From NCBI GenBank assembly GCA_021824345.1, contig JAKAKW010000002.1, forward strand, positions 86,552-150,551: 64,000 nt of DNA, written 5' to 3'. A program made the position numbers and the translations under genes. A model generated the notes under the pieces. It had not been told where the DNA came from. It made no database searches and was given only the letters and a program-made list of their open reading frames with translations. Of this stretch, positions 55,584 through 64,000 are shown in pieces (the stretch's first letter is position 1; every line of letters begins with the position of its first letter). The stretch comes from a bacterium (GTDB taxonomy: Bacteria; Patescibacteriota; Minisyncoccia; Phycocordibacterales; UBA9973).

Positions 55584-56575
55584 CTTTTCTTCTTGATTAT
55601 TTCCTCCACGCACTTGGCGATCTTTTGCGAATCATGGCGGATGAAGCTTCTAAATTTCTGCCGCGAATCATTTTTGTCGTATTTTACCAGTACATGGGAA
55701 ATCAAAGGTCTGCGAACGGCTCGGGAATCTGAAAGATCATCCTTCACCAGAACACCGTCTCCTTCCTTGAGCTTATATCGGCGGACCTGCGCCGGAGAAG
55801 GGGACTGGCTGTTAATTAATATTATGTCTATGGGACGGCCGAGATACTTTTCGGTGTTTTTAACGTAGTCGCTCGCTTTCCAATGAAGAGTATGCCCCTT
55901 CTTGTTTGTCAGGTTTACCGGCAAAATAATTTTTGCCTTGGTCCTGCCAATGGCTTCCTTGAAGCCGGGAACGATCAGATTGGGCACCAGAGATTCAAAA
56001 TAAGTGCCCGGGCCTATGATGATGTAATCAGCGCGCAAAATGGCTTTCTTTGCGTTCGGATTCAATTGAACCCTGGAAGAAAAATAAATTTTTTTCAATC
56101 CTCTCTTTTGAAAATTCGCTTTGTCTACTTCTATCTGCCCGCAGATGGAATGGCCGTCGCCGAGCTGAGCGCATAAATCAGTCTTGTTCTTGGTGACTGG
56201 CACGACCATGCCTTTTACTTTCAGTATTTCCGAGGCCACTTCAACCCCTTTGCCGAAATCGCCGGTGACCTTTTCCAGAGTTGCCAAGAGAATATTGCCG
56301 AAACTGTGGCTTTTCAGCTTTCCGTCGTCAAAACGGTAGTTCATCATTTTGCGCACCGTGTCCGTGTGCTCGGAAAGGGCCACCAAGCATTGGCGCACAT
56401 CCCCCGGCGGCAGCACGCCCAATTCGTCCCGAAGGATGCGGGTGGACCCTCCATTGTCCGCCATGGATACAACAGCCGTGAGGGAAACATCCTTCAGGTT
56501 TTTCAGCCCCGAAAGGACGGTATAGCTTCCCGTTCCGCCCCCTACGGTCACTATGTTTTTTATTTTTAGCGGCAT
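55580..56575 (-). CDS. YvcK/CofD-family (UPF0052) gluconeogenesis-factor-like protein
   Basis: VTVGGGTGSYTVLSGL and VVSMADNGGSTRILRDELGVLPPGDVRQCLVAL signatures. Confidence 0.7.
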   Translation of the reverse strand: MPLKIKNIVTVGGGTGSYTVLSGLKNLKDVSLTAVVSMADNGGSTRILRDELGVLPPGDVRQCLVALSEHTDTVRKMMNYRFDDGKLKSHSFGNILLATLEKVTGDFGKGVEVASEILKVKGMVVPVTKNKTDLCAQLGDGHSICGQIEVDKANFQKRGLKKIYFSSRVQLNPNAKKAILRADYIIIGPGTYFESLVPNLIVPGFKEAIGRTKAKIILPVNLTNKKGHTLHWKASDYVKNTEKYLGRPIDIILINSQSPSPAQVRRYKLKEGDGVLVKDDLSDSRAVRRPLISHVLVKYDKNDSRQKFRSFIRHDSQKIAKCVEEIIKKKR

Positions 56576-56623
56576 GTCAAATGAATCAGCCGCTCCGGCC
56601 TTATGGCCGGAGCGGCTGACCGA

Positions 56624-56968
56624 TTACTTTACGCTCTTGAGAATTCTGGCGAAAGTCTCCGGATTGTTTTCCGAAAGATCCGCGAGAATTTTTCTATCCA
56701 GCATTATTTTCTTCTTTGAGAGAGCACCGATCAGCTTGGAATAGCTCATTCCGCTTTGTCTGGAACCGGCGTTTATCTTGATATTCCAAAGCTTCCGATT
56801 AAAAGATTTCTTGTCTTTTCGGTGAGCGAAAGCATAAGCCCCGGCGTGCAAAAGCGCGTCCTTGGCCATTCTTTCTTTCTTGCTGCGGCCGTGGCGGAAG
56901 CCTTTGGCCTGTTTAAGCACGCTTCTCCTTCTTTTTAGGGCGTGCACTCCTTTTTTTACTCTGGTCAT
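56624..56968 (-). CDS. rplT: Ribosomal protein L20
   Basis: MTRVKKGVHALKRRRSVLKQAKGFRHGRSK L20 signature. Confidence 0.9.
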   Translation of the reverse strand: MTRVKKGVHALKRRRSVLKQAKGFRHGRSKKERMAKDALLHAGAYAFAHRKDKKSFNRKLWNIKINAGSRQSGMSYSKLIGALSKKKIMLDRKILADLSENNPETFARILKSVK

Positions 56969-57003
56969 GCTTGTTTATTAAAAAATTATGTTCGGCCGTC
57001 TAT

Positions 57004-57189
57004 CTAATTGAAGGGCAGGAGGTGGCTCTTGTCCTTGTTTTTAATTTTGAATTCACTGCCTTTCCGTCCCGAAAGTTGTACAGTGCGGGATTGCTTTGCA
57101 TTGAAATGATTGAAGCCGGGCTTTCGAGCGATTATCTTGCCCTTTTTTGTCAGTTTCAATCTCTTTGTGTACGATTTATTGGTTTTCAT
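57004..57189 (-). CDS. rpmI: Ribosomal protein L35
   Basis: MKTNKSYTKRLKLTKKGKIIARKPG L35 signature. Confidence 0.85.
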   Translation of the reverse strand: MKTNKSYTKRLKLTKKGKIIARKPGFNHFNAKQSRTVQLSGRKGSEFKIKNKDKSHLLPFN

Positions 57190-57699
57190 TTATTTTGCCT
57201 TTTCTATGGTAACGGCCAAACCCTTTGGACCCTTTTTATACGGATCCGATATCTTGTAATTTTCAGTAATAAGGTGCAGAACTCGGTCTAGACGTTCTCG
57301 GAGGAATCCTTCCTCCATATATTTAGATCTGCCCGTCAAGAACAGTTCTATTTTTATCCTATGCCCTTCCGCAAGCCACTTGGAAGCGGTTTTCGCTTTA
57401 AGGGCAAGGTCGTGTTCGCCGGTGCCTATCTTTACCTGTATTGACTTCGTTTCGCTGGGCTTTCCACCGCCCTGCTTCATCTTTTTCTGCTTCTTGCTGG
57501 CTTCGTATTGATACCTGCCGTAGTCCATTATTTTGGCTACCGGCGGTACCGCATTGGGTGATATTTCAATCAAATCCAGGCCTTTTTCCTCGGCTGCCTT
57601 CAGGGCGTCTTTAAAGCTCAAAACGCCTAGATTGCCGCCCTGGTCGTCTATTACCCGGAGCTCTTTGGCCCTTATTTGATTGTTTATTCTTTCCCGCAA
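57190..57699 (-). CDS. infC: Translation initiation factor IF-3
   Basis: INNQIRAKELRVIDDQGGNLGVLSFKDALKAAEEKGLDLIEISPNAVPPVAKIMDYGRYQYE. Confidence 0.9.
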   Translation of the reverse strand: MRERINNQIRAKELRVIDDQGGNLGVLSFKDALKAAEEKGLDLIEISPNAVPPVAKIMDYGRYQYEASKKQKKMKQGGGKPSETKSIQVKIGTGEHDLALKAKTASKWLAEGHRIKIELFLTGRSKYMEEGFLRERLDRVLHLITENYKISDPYKKGPKGLAVTIEKAK

Positions 57700-57786
57700 G
57701 AGCTGTACATTAAAATTCCCTCAAAGGGGAATTAGTATTGCCAAGTCTAGCGTATTTGGGAAGGAAAGTCAATTGTAATAAAATCA

Positions 57787-58184
57787 TGTGGAGATGGGGG
57801 AAATCGAATCCCCGTGCAAGAGGCTGCGGAAGGAAGGTCTACATGCTTAGCGCGCTTTTTGATTTGAGCCGGCGGATTCTTAAGCGAGCCAAATATCCGC
57901 GAGCCGATTCCTTAAGGTTTGGAGAGAGACCAGGAAAAATCTCTTCCTATCCCGATAATGTTACACCTCGCCCAATCTATCGGAAGTTGAAAGGGGAGAC
58001 GCCGGCGTTCTTAAGCGAAAGCCGGAGCGAAAGCGAAGTCCTTCGCACCGAAGTACGGAGAGACCATTGCCATCACCTTGGAAGTCAATTTTGCAATTAA
58101 CTGTTTGGGCGAAGTTTTGCGAGTTTACGCCCATTCTCGGCATGCATTCGGGCCGCCGGCCTATTGTCTATGCCTGGCATCCCC
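57787..58184 (-). ncRNA. ssrA: tmRNA (SsrA), ~398 nt, adjacent to smpB
   Basis: 5' end GGGGAUG and 3' end GGGGAUUCGAUUUCCCCCAUCUCC-A-CA form a tRNA-Ala-like acceptor stem with G3:U wobble and T-arm. An internal reading frame reads GCG AAG GAC UUC GCU UUC GCU CCG GCU UUC GCU UAA (tag (A)KDFAFAPAFA), stop near plus coordinate 58008. Confidence 0.7.
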
Positions 58185-58185
58185 A

Positions 58186-58340
58186 TGCTTGTGGCGTCGA
58201 GGGTTTTGGTATGTTCTTTTACGGGTACGGGATTTTTTCTGCTGAAAAAATCCCCGAAGTTGGCTCGCCGCCGCCTGCCTGCCGGCAGGCAGGCTCGCCA
58301 AACCTCCTCCAAAAACATACCAAAACCCTCGCCTGCCAAC
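58186..58340. repeat. Intergenic element between ssrA and smpB. 17-bp inverted repeats (gagggttttggtatgtt / aacataccaaaaccctc) around the hairpin gggattttttctgctgaaaaaatcccc and GC palindrome gcctgcctgccggcaggcaggc.
   Basis: Shares a 33-nt identical core in reverse orientation with the element at 48097..48216. Confidence 0.6.
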
Positions 58341-58362
58341 TTTATATGTGACGAGTTTTGCG

Positions 58363-58809
58363 TCAATAATCTTTCAAGGTTCTGCGAAGCTCCCGCTCGG
58401 TTTCCCGCTTCTTTATAGTCTCGCGCTTGTCGCGCTTCTTTTTTCCGCGCACCACGGCCATCCCGAGTTTGATCTTCTTGCCTTTATTATACACTGCCAA
58501 AGGCACTATTGTCAAACTTTTGTCCTTTTCGCCGGAGGCCAATTCCATAATCTCTTTCCTGGTGAGAAGAAGCTTTCGGTTGCGCAGAGGATCATAATCG
58601 GCCCCGGCGTTTTTCGGCTGGAAAGGAGTAATGTTCGCGTTTATCAGAAACGCCTCGCCTCCGCGGACAATGACGAAAGAGCCGTCCAGGGACATTTTGC
58701 CCTCGCGGACAGATTTCGCTTCCATGCCTGAGAGCTCAATACCCGCCTCGTATTTATCAAGCATCTCGTATTCAAAGCGCGCTTTTCTGTTTTCCGCATA
58801 ATTTGCCAT
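58363..58809 (-). CDS. smpB: SsrA-binding protein SmpB
   Basis: MANYAENRKARFEYEMLDKYEAGIELSGMEAKSVREGKMSLDGSFV SmpB signature. Confidence 0.9.
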   Translation of the reverse strand: MANYAENRKARFEYEMLDKYEAGIELSGMEAKSVREGKMSLDGSFVIVRGGEAFLINANITPFQPKNAGADYDPLRNRKLLLTRKEIMELASGEKDKSLTIVPLAVYNKGKKIKLGMAVVRGKKKRDKRETIKKRETERELRRTLKDY

Positions 58810-58832
58810 ACGTCAATTCTAGCACATAGTAA

Positions 58833-58948
58833 AGCCGGAGAAGATATAAATTTATGCGATGGTTTGGCCGAGCTTCCAGCTCCGCAGGAGCAAAATTTTG
58901 GCGAGGAGAGCCGAGGACCTCGCGGAAATTTATATCTTTTCCGGCTTC
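58833..58948. repeat. Intergenic element upstream of ftsH bounded by ~21-bp inverted repeats (agccggagaagatataaattt / aaatttatatcttttccggct, 1 mismatch) with GC-rich interior (ggccgagc motif)
   Basis: Direct inspection. Same architecture as the other IR-flanked elements. Confidence 0.45.
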
Positions 58949-58988
58949 TTTAATTTCATTCGGGGCGTTTTCATGCTATACTCGCAGA

Positions 58989-61900
58989 ATGGATTTCAAT
59001 CTTAGAAACAGCCAGGAGCCGAAAATGAAAGGAAAAAAACCTCCGGAAAGAGGTCCTGGTTTTGCTGGCAGCATCGCCTCGGTGATTCTTATCTTTATGA
59101 TAATCACCGCCATATATCTTTTGATTTCGGACGCTTCCCAGCCGGTTCCCGCCATTCCCATTTCCCAGGTTGCGGAAGATGTTTCTTCCGGCGCGGTGCA
59201 AAAGATAGAAGTGCAGGGGAACGATCTTACGGTCACTTACAAGGACAAGGAAGTGAAAAAATCAAAGAAAGAGACGGAAACTTCCTTAACCGACACTCTG
59301 TCAAACTACGGAGTGAGCAAGCAGGTGCTTGACGCCACCGAGATAGACATTCAAGAACCGGACGGATTCGGGTACTGGGCGATAAACATTCTGCCGTATC
59401 TTCTGCCCATTATCTTCATCGTGATTTTCTTCTGGTACATTTCCCGGCAGGTTAAAGGGGCCGGCATGCAGGCGTTCACCTTCGGCCAGTCCAAGGCGCG
59501 CATTACCGATCCTTCCGACAAGAACAATCGCATCACTTTCAAAGACGTGGCCGGATGCAAAGAAGCGAAAGAAGAACTGAAGGAAATTGTGGATTTTTTG
59601 AAAAACCCCAAAAAGTTCCTGGATATCGGAGCGCGCATACCCAAAGGAGTGATTCTTACGGGAGCGCCCGGAACCGGCAAGTGCGTCAATGGCGATACAT
59701 TGATACAAACATCCAAAGGCCTTGTTGCAATAGAAGATGTGCCGAAATACTTTTCAGTAAATTCAGATAATACAGTGGAAGGGTTAAGAGTGATAACTAT
59801 TGACCCGAAGAACGGGACTTTAAAAACCACGGATGCTTCGCATTGGTATTCTTTAGGGGAGCAAGAAACTGTTGCCATAAAGACGGAATCGGGAATGTTT
59901 TTGGAAGGTACGCCGGAACACCCTATCATCGTAGTTGATAAAGATACAGGCCATTTTGTTTTCAAAAAATTAGCTGATATAACAACCGACGACTGGTGCG
60001 TGGTGGGCTCCCGGACGGAGGTATTCGGAACGCATACAAAAATTCCAGGCCCGGAAACCGCTTATATACTTGGTGTTTTGACGGGTGACGGATGCATGAC
60101 CATTAAAGGCAGAATAGTTCTTTCCACTATTGATAAAGAGATTTTGAGCCGGGTGCAAGATAATGTTAAGAGATTGTTCGGCGAGGAGTTTTCAAAAATT
60201 TCCGCCCATAAATGCGATTATCAGCTTTCAAATAGCAAGGCAAAGAATGCGTTATTGTCTTTTGGACTTTCAGAAACATACGCGAAAAATAAGAGGATTC
60301 TTGAGTGGGTTCGTTTTGCTCCCAAAGAGCACATAAGCAATTTCCTGCAAGGATTGTTTGATACCGATGGCACGGTTGAAAAGAGCGGAAGCGTAAGTTT
60401 GTCCAGCGCCAGCGAACACTTAATAAGAGAAGTGCAATTTATGCTTCTTAATCTCGGCATAGTGACCAGAAGGTATGAGCGCCAGAAGAAATACAACAAT
60501 CAACTCCAATACTACATTGTTATTTATGGAGATTTTGTGCAGTCTTTTCAGAACCAAATAGGGTTTTCAGTTGTCAGGAAAAAAGAAAGATTGGAAAAAA
60601 TTTGCCTCAAACAGCGAAATACAAATGTAAATGTCATACCTTCGCAAGGCAAGTCTATTCACATGGTCTGGAAACAGGCGGTAGCCACCTCAGGAATGGT
60701 TTTTAATAGGGAATTTTATAATCAATCTATTTATAAAAATTTCAAACGATACGTTTCGGGAGAACGGATGCCTTCCCTTAAAGGGATGTCAATATTTCTC
60801 GAAGGAACATCTCGCATTTCACCGTATATAAACGAAATGCCCGAGGTGGCGCATTTGAAAAGCTTGTCTTCCGGTAATTTTTTCTTTAGTAAAATTGATT
60901 CCATTAGCCGAGGCAGGAACAAAGTATATGATCTTACTGTACCGGTAACCCATAATTTTTTGGCCAATGGATTTTTTAATCATAACACCATGCTGGCCAG
61001 GGCCATCGCGGGCGAAGCGAGCGTGCCCTTCTACCATCTTTCCGGTTCGGAATTCGTGGAAATGTTCGTGGGCGTGGGCGCCAGCCGGGTGCGGGATCTT
61101 TTCCGGGTGGCCAAGAAATCCGCTCCGGCCATAATATTCATTGATGAAATTGACGCCATCGGCAGAACCCGCGGAGGGGGATTCGGAGGAAGCAATGACG
61201 AACGCGAGCAGACCTTGAACCAAATTCTGGTGGAAATGGACGGCTTCGAGCCGAACGAGAAGCTGATCGTGATTGCGGCCACCAACCGGCCGGATGTTCT
61301 TGACCCTGCCTTAATACGTCCCGGACGCTTTGACCGCAAAGTGGTGCTGGATCTTCCGGATCGCAACGACCGCGAAGAAATTCTGAAAATTCACGCCCAG
61401 AAAAAGCCCTTGGCGGAAGATGTGAATCTGCATCTTGTCGCCGAGCGTACCCCGGGCTTTTCCGGCGCCGATCTTTACTCTTTAATGAATGAAGGCGCCA
61501 TTCTGGCCGCCCGGGAAAACCGCAAAAAAGTGTTCCAATTTGACCTGATCCGGGCGATTGAAAAAGTAATGCTGGGTCCGGAACGCAAAAGCCACCTGCT
61601 TTCCAAGAAAGAAAAAGAAATTACCGCCTATCATGAAGCCGGGCACGCTATCGTGGCCTCGGTATTGCCTCACGCGGATCCGGTGCACAAAGTTTCCATA
61701 ATCGCCCGCGGACGCGCCGGGGGATATACGCTTAAGCTTCCTCTGGAAGAACGTCGATTGCAATCTCGGAAAGAATTCATTGACGATATCGCCATGTCGC
61801 TCGGAGGATATGCCGCGGAAAAAATGATGTTTGGGGATATTACTACCGGACCGTCCAGCGATCTGCAGATGGCCACGAACCTAGCCCGGGCCATGGTCAC

Positions 61901-62219
61901 TCGCTTCGGCATGTCCGACAGCATCGGCCCGGTCACCTGGGCGGAAGGAGAAGGAAAGCCGGGCTGGGGAGAACTTCGGGAAGATTCCCGTTCGGAAAGC
62001 GTGGCCGCGAAGATTGACGATGAAGTTTCCAGAATCGTGAATGATGGCATAAAAACGGCGCAAAAAGTGCTGAAGGATCACAAGAAAGCCTTCACTGCCA
62101 TTGCCAAGAAGCTTATCGAAGTGGAAACTTTGGAACGGGACGAATATGAAAAAATTCTCATCGCCCACGGCATAGAGCTGAAAAAGAAGGACGAGCCGGA
62201 GGTGGTCATAGAAGGCTAA
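58989..62219 (+). CDS. ftsH: ATP-dependent zinc metalloprotease FtsH, interrupted in-frame by a 435-aa intein within the Walker A motif
   Basis: Two TM helices and periplasmic domain. [12 protein letters not shown] then intein then [18 protein letters not shown]+ second region of homology. HEAGHAIV zinc motif. Start at ATG 58989 (the ORF track begins upstream in the leader). Confidence 0.85.
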   Translation: MDFNLRNSQEPKMKGKKPPERGPGFAGSIASVILIFMIITAIYLLISDASQPVPAIPISQVAEDVSSGAVQKIEVQGNDLTVTYKDKEVKKSKKETETSLTDTLSNYGVSKQVLDATEIDIQEPDGFGYWAINILPYLLPIIFIVIFFWYISRQVKGAGMQAFTFGQSKARITDPSDKNNRITFKDVAGCKEAKEELKEIVDFLKNPKKFLDIGARIPKGVILTGAPGTGKCVNGDTLIQTSKGLVAIEDVPKYFSVNSDNTVEGLRVITIDPKNGTLKTTDASHWYSLGEQETVAIKTESGMFLEGTPEHPIIVVDKDTGHFVFKKLADITTDDWCVVGSRTEVFGTHTKIPGPETAYILGVLTGDGCMTIKGRIVLSTIDKEILSRVQDNVKRLFGEEFSKISAHKCDYQLSNSKAKNALLSFGLSETYAKNKRILEWVRFAPKEHISNFLQGLFDTDGTVEKSGSVSLSSASEHLIREVQFMLLNLGIVTRRYERQKKYNNQLQYYIVIYGDFVQSFQNQIGFSVVRKKERLEKICLKQRNTNVNVIPSQGKSIHMVWKQAVATSGMVFNREFYNQSIYKNFKRYVSGERMPSLKGMSIFLEGTSRISPYINEMPEVAHLKSLSSGNFFFSKIDSISRGRNKVYDLTVPVTHNFLANGFFNHNTMLARAIAGEASVPFYHLSGSEFVEMFVGVGASRVRDLFRVAKKSAPAIIFIDEIDAIGRTRGGGFGGSNDEREQTLNQILVEMDGFEPNEKLIVIAATNRPDVLDPALIRPGRFDRKVVLDLPDRNDREEILKIHAQKKPLAEDVNLHLVAERTPGFSGADLYSLMNEGAILAARENRKKVFQFDLIRAIEKVMLGPERKSHLLSKKEKEITAYHEAGHAIVASVLPHADPVHKVSIIARGRAGGYTLKLPLEERRLQSRKEFIDDIAMSLGGYAAEKMMFGDITTGPSSDLQMATNLARAMVTRFGMSDSIGPVTWAEGEGKPGWGELREDSRSESVAAKIDDEVSRIVNDGIKTAQKVLKDHKKAFTAIAKKLIEVETLERDEYEKILIAHGIELKKKDEPEVVIEG
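59682..60986 (+). mobile_element. Intein with LAGLIDADG homing-endonuclease domain inserted between Lys and Thr of the FtsH P-loop (GPPGTGK | T)
   Basis: Begins CVNGDTLI (block A, Cys1). TPEH (block B). Two LAGLIDADG motifs ([24 protein letters not shown]). Ends [21 protein letters not shown] followed by +1 Thr. Insert is AT-richer than flanking ftsH. Confidence 0.8.
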
Positions 62220-62351
62220 AAATATCATGGCAAAGCGTGAACTAAAAAAATTGCGATAGAGCTGAGACTTGCCGGACATAGCTACAGCCAGATCAGAGGA
62301 CAAGTAAAAGTAAGTAAAAGCACTTTAAGCTATTGGCTTGCGGATTATCCG

Positions 62352-62888
62352 TTGTCGGAAGAAAGAATAAGAAAACTCAGAGATAATAGTCCCATTAGAA
62401 TTGAGCACTACATAAATACCATGCGGGCAAAACGTGAAGCAAGGTTTGCTTCCGCCTATTCTGAAATTTCAAAAGTTTTAAAAAAGTTTTCTAAGAGAGA
62501 AATAATCATAGCAGGATTCTTTTTGTACTGGGCTGAAGGCAATAAGACAAGAAATGCTTCTTTCGGCCTTACTAATACCGATCCAAATATGTTGAAATTC
62601 TATATTAGATGGATGGAACTTTTAGGCGTAAAGAAAAGCCAGATGAAAGTGCACTTGCATCTTTATTCAGATATGAACATAGAAAAACAGAAAAAATTTT
62701 GGTCCGACACGCTTTCCATTCCTCTTTCTCAATTTCGAAAACCTTATATAAAAAATACCTGTTCTAGCTCCATAACTTATAAAAATGGATTTGGCCAAGG
62801 AACTTGTTCTGTCCTTGTGGAAGGCGCAAGGCTATCCGAAAAAATACTGATGGGAGTAAAATATGTGCAAGAAAATTCATTAATTTAA
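62352..62888 (+). CDS. AT-rich hypothetical protein, probably the downstream part of a frameshifted HTH-domain gene beginning at ATG 62227
   Basis: ORF starts at TTG. The same frame upstream reads IAIELRLAGHSYSQIRGQVKVSKSTLSYWL (helix-turn-helix) but has no ATG. An ATG at 62227 (MAKRELKK) joins this frame by a -1 shift in an A7 run at 62244..62250. Confidence 0.4.
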   Translation: MSEERIRKLRDNSPIRIEHYINTMRAKREARFASAYSEISKVLKKFSKREIIIAGFFLYWAEGNKTRNASFGLTNTDPNMLKFYIRWMELLGVKKSQMKVHLHLYSDMNIEKQKKFWSDTLSIPLSQFRKPYIKNTCSSSITYKNGFGQGTCSVLVEGARLSEKILMGVKYVQENSLI

Positions 62889-62949
62889 AGCTTAAAGAAA
62901 AATTATACGGTTGCGATAAATAAATAAAAGAGTTAGGATAGGGCATATT

Positions 62950-63023
62950 CCGCCCGTAGCTCAGTTGGTAGAGCAAGCGACTTATACTCGCTGTTAGCCT
63001 TGGTTCGAGTCCAAGCGGGCGGA
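62950..63023 (+). tRNA. tRNA with anticodon TAT (UAU; isoleucine-AUA-decoding type), C1:G72 acceptor, 3' A-CA
   Basis: Manual fold. Acceptor ccgcccg/cgggcgg. U8 A9. D-arm gctc-agttggta-gagc. Anticodon stem agcga/tcgct with loop cTTATAc (U33, A37). T-arm cttgg-ttcgagt-ccaag. 6-nt variable region. Confidence 0.6.
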
Positions 63024-63026
63024 CAA

Positions 63027-64000
63027 TCATTCAAAATGAAACTCCTTGGTTTTTTCTTCGGCGATTTTGCGGAGCAGGGGATGGCTTGAAAGCCCTTGAT
63101 CTTCGCCGATCAGCCGGACTGCTTCGGTTCTGGCCGCTTCCACCATCTTTAGATTTTTGATCGCTTCCATAGCAAGGTCCGAAACGCCCCATTGCTTTCC
63201 GCCGGAAAGTTCTCCGGCTCCGCGCAGGGACAGGTCCATTTCCGCCAGTTCGAATCCGCTTTTCGCGCTTTTTAGGGCGCGCAACCGGCTCATTGTCTTG
63301 TCCGATTTCGCTTCCGCGAATACGTAGCAGTACGCCTGATGGGTACTGCGCAAAACCCTTCCGCGCAATTGGTGCAATTGAGCCAGCCCGAAGCGTTCCG
63401 CTCCCTCAATGATTATCACCGTGGCGTTCGGAACGTTTACGCCCACTTCCACCACTGAAGTGGCGCAAAGAATGCGCAGTCGGCCTTCGGCAAAATCTTT
63501 CATCACTTCCTCTTTCTTCTGCTTGCCCATCTTGCTGTGCAATACTCCGATTTCATATTCCGGAAAGACTTCTTTTTTCAAACGCTTCGCTTCGGCTACG
63601 GCCGATTTCGCTTGCAAAGCCAGCTCCTTCGCCGGATCAGGCTCGAATATGCGCGGGCAGATGACGTAGGCTTGCCGGCCGGCCGAGAGTTCCTTGCGCA
63701 CTTTTTCATAGATGTTCTCCCGCTTGTCCGGCGATACGATTTCGGTGATGATTTCCTTCCGGCCGGCCGGCATCTCATCCAAGAGCGTCAGATCCAAATC
63801 TCCGTAAATGGTGAGGGCCAGGGTCCGGGGAATGGGAGTGGCGGTCATGGAAAGCAAGTGCGGAGCGGTTCCGTCTTTGCGCACCAGCTTGCGGCGCTGG
63901 GCCGTGCCGAAACGGTGCTGCTCGTCTATCACCGCAAAGGCCAGATTTTTAAACTTTACCGATTTTTGAATGAGGGCGTGAGTGCCGATGAGTATGGGAA
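63027..64000 (-). CDS. recG: ATP-dependent DNA helicase RecG, C-terminal portion (gene continues past window end)
   Basis: IIDEQHRFG (DExH box), SMTATPIPRTL, and helicase C-terminal motifs HQLRGRVLR. The reading frame stays open to coordinate 64000. Confidence 0.8.
   Translation of the reverse strand, partial: PILIGTHALIQKSVKFKNLAFAVIDEQHRFGTAQRRKLVRKDGTAPHLLSMTATPIPRTLALTIYGDLDLTLLDEMPAGRKEIITEIVSPDKRENIYEKVRKELSAGRQAYVICPRIFEPDPAKELALQAKSAVAEAKRLKKEVFPEYEIGVLHSKMGKQKKEEVMKDFAEGRLRILCATSVVEVGVNVPNATVIIIEGAERFGLAQLHQLRGRVLRSTHQAYCYVFAEAKSDKTMSRLRALKSAKSGFELAEMDLSLRGAGELSGGKQWGVSDLAMEAIKNLKMVEAARTEAVRLIGEDQGLSSHPLLRKIAEEKTKEFHFE

Noticed and set aside
57738-58731. Four plus-strand ORFs (120, 94, 84 and 127 aa) between infC and smpB
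   Set aside because: They overlay the minus-strand tmRNA, the IR-flanked repeat element and part of smpB. Translations are Arg/Pro-rich junk. tmRNA structural features explain the region.
1-64000. CRISPR array, rRNA genes, alternative genetic code (UGA recoding)
   Set aside because: No spaced direct-repeat array seen. No rRNA-like conserved segments. All conserved proteins (EF-Tu, EF-G, SecY, r-proteins) are intact under the standard code with no in-frame TGA.

Overview
This 64 kb window reads like a small-genome, Patescibacteria/CPR-style bacterium with moderate GC. It is dominated by translation and housekeeping genes.

The core gene set, in order:
- rplS.
- The secE-nusG-rplK unit.
- The str operon (rpsL-rpsG-fusA-tuf).
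- A near-complete S10/spc ribosomal block running rpsJ to secY. It lacks L30, L15 is short, and several r-proteins carry extensions.
- adk, pyrH and map.
- The rplT-rpmI-infC block on the minus strand, next to tmRNA (ssrA) and smpB.
- ftsH, recG, murB, tsaE/tsaC, and a thyA-folA unit.

Accessory and unusual content is scattered between these core genes:
- A tandem array of three large paralogous Cys-rich zinc-ribbon proteins of unknown function (coordinates 4..4010).
- Two tandem HNH/zinc-ribbon endonuclease paralogs next to tRNA-His.
- A csoR-regulated CPH-type copper P1B-ATPase operon with a perfect operator palindrome.
- A nucleotide/folate-salvage cluster: DHFR-like, CofE-like, dCMP deaminase and MazG, convergent with thyA-folA.
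- AT-rich ORFs and a PyrD-like gene inserted between fusA and tuf.
- A type IV pilin plus membrane protein inserted between rplE and rpsZ.
- A VirD4/TraG-like coupling ATPase with a ~500 aa novel N-terminus where infA-rpmJ-rpsM would normally sit.
- A 435-aa LAGLIDADG intein splitting the FtsH Walker-A loop.
- A tRNA with a UAU anticodon.
- A candidate ~170-nt structured ncRNA (6S-like architecture) with its own promoter and terminator.
- At least five intergenic elements, each bounded by long-range inverted repeats. Two of them share an identical 33-nt hairpin core in opposite orientation.

No CRISPR array or rRNA gene was seen.
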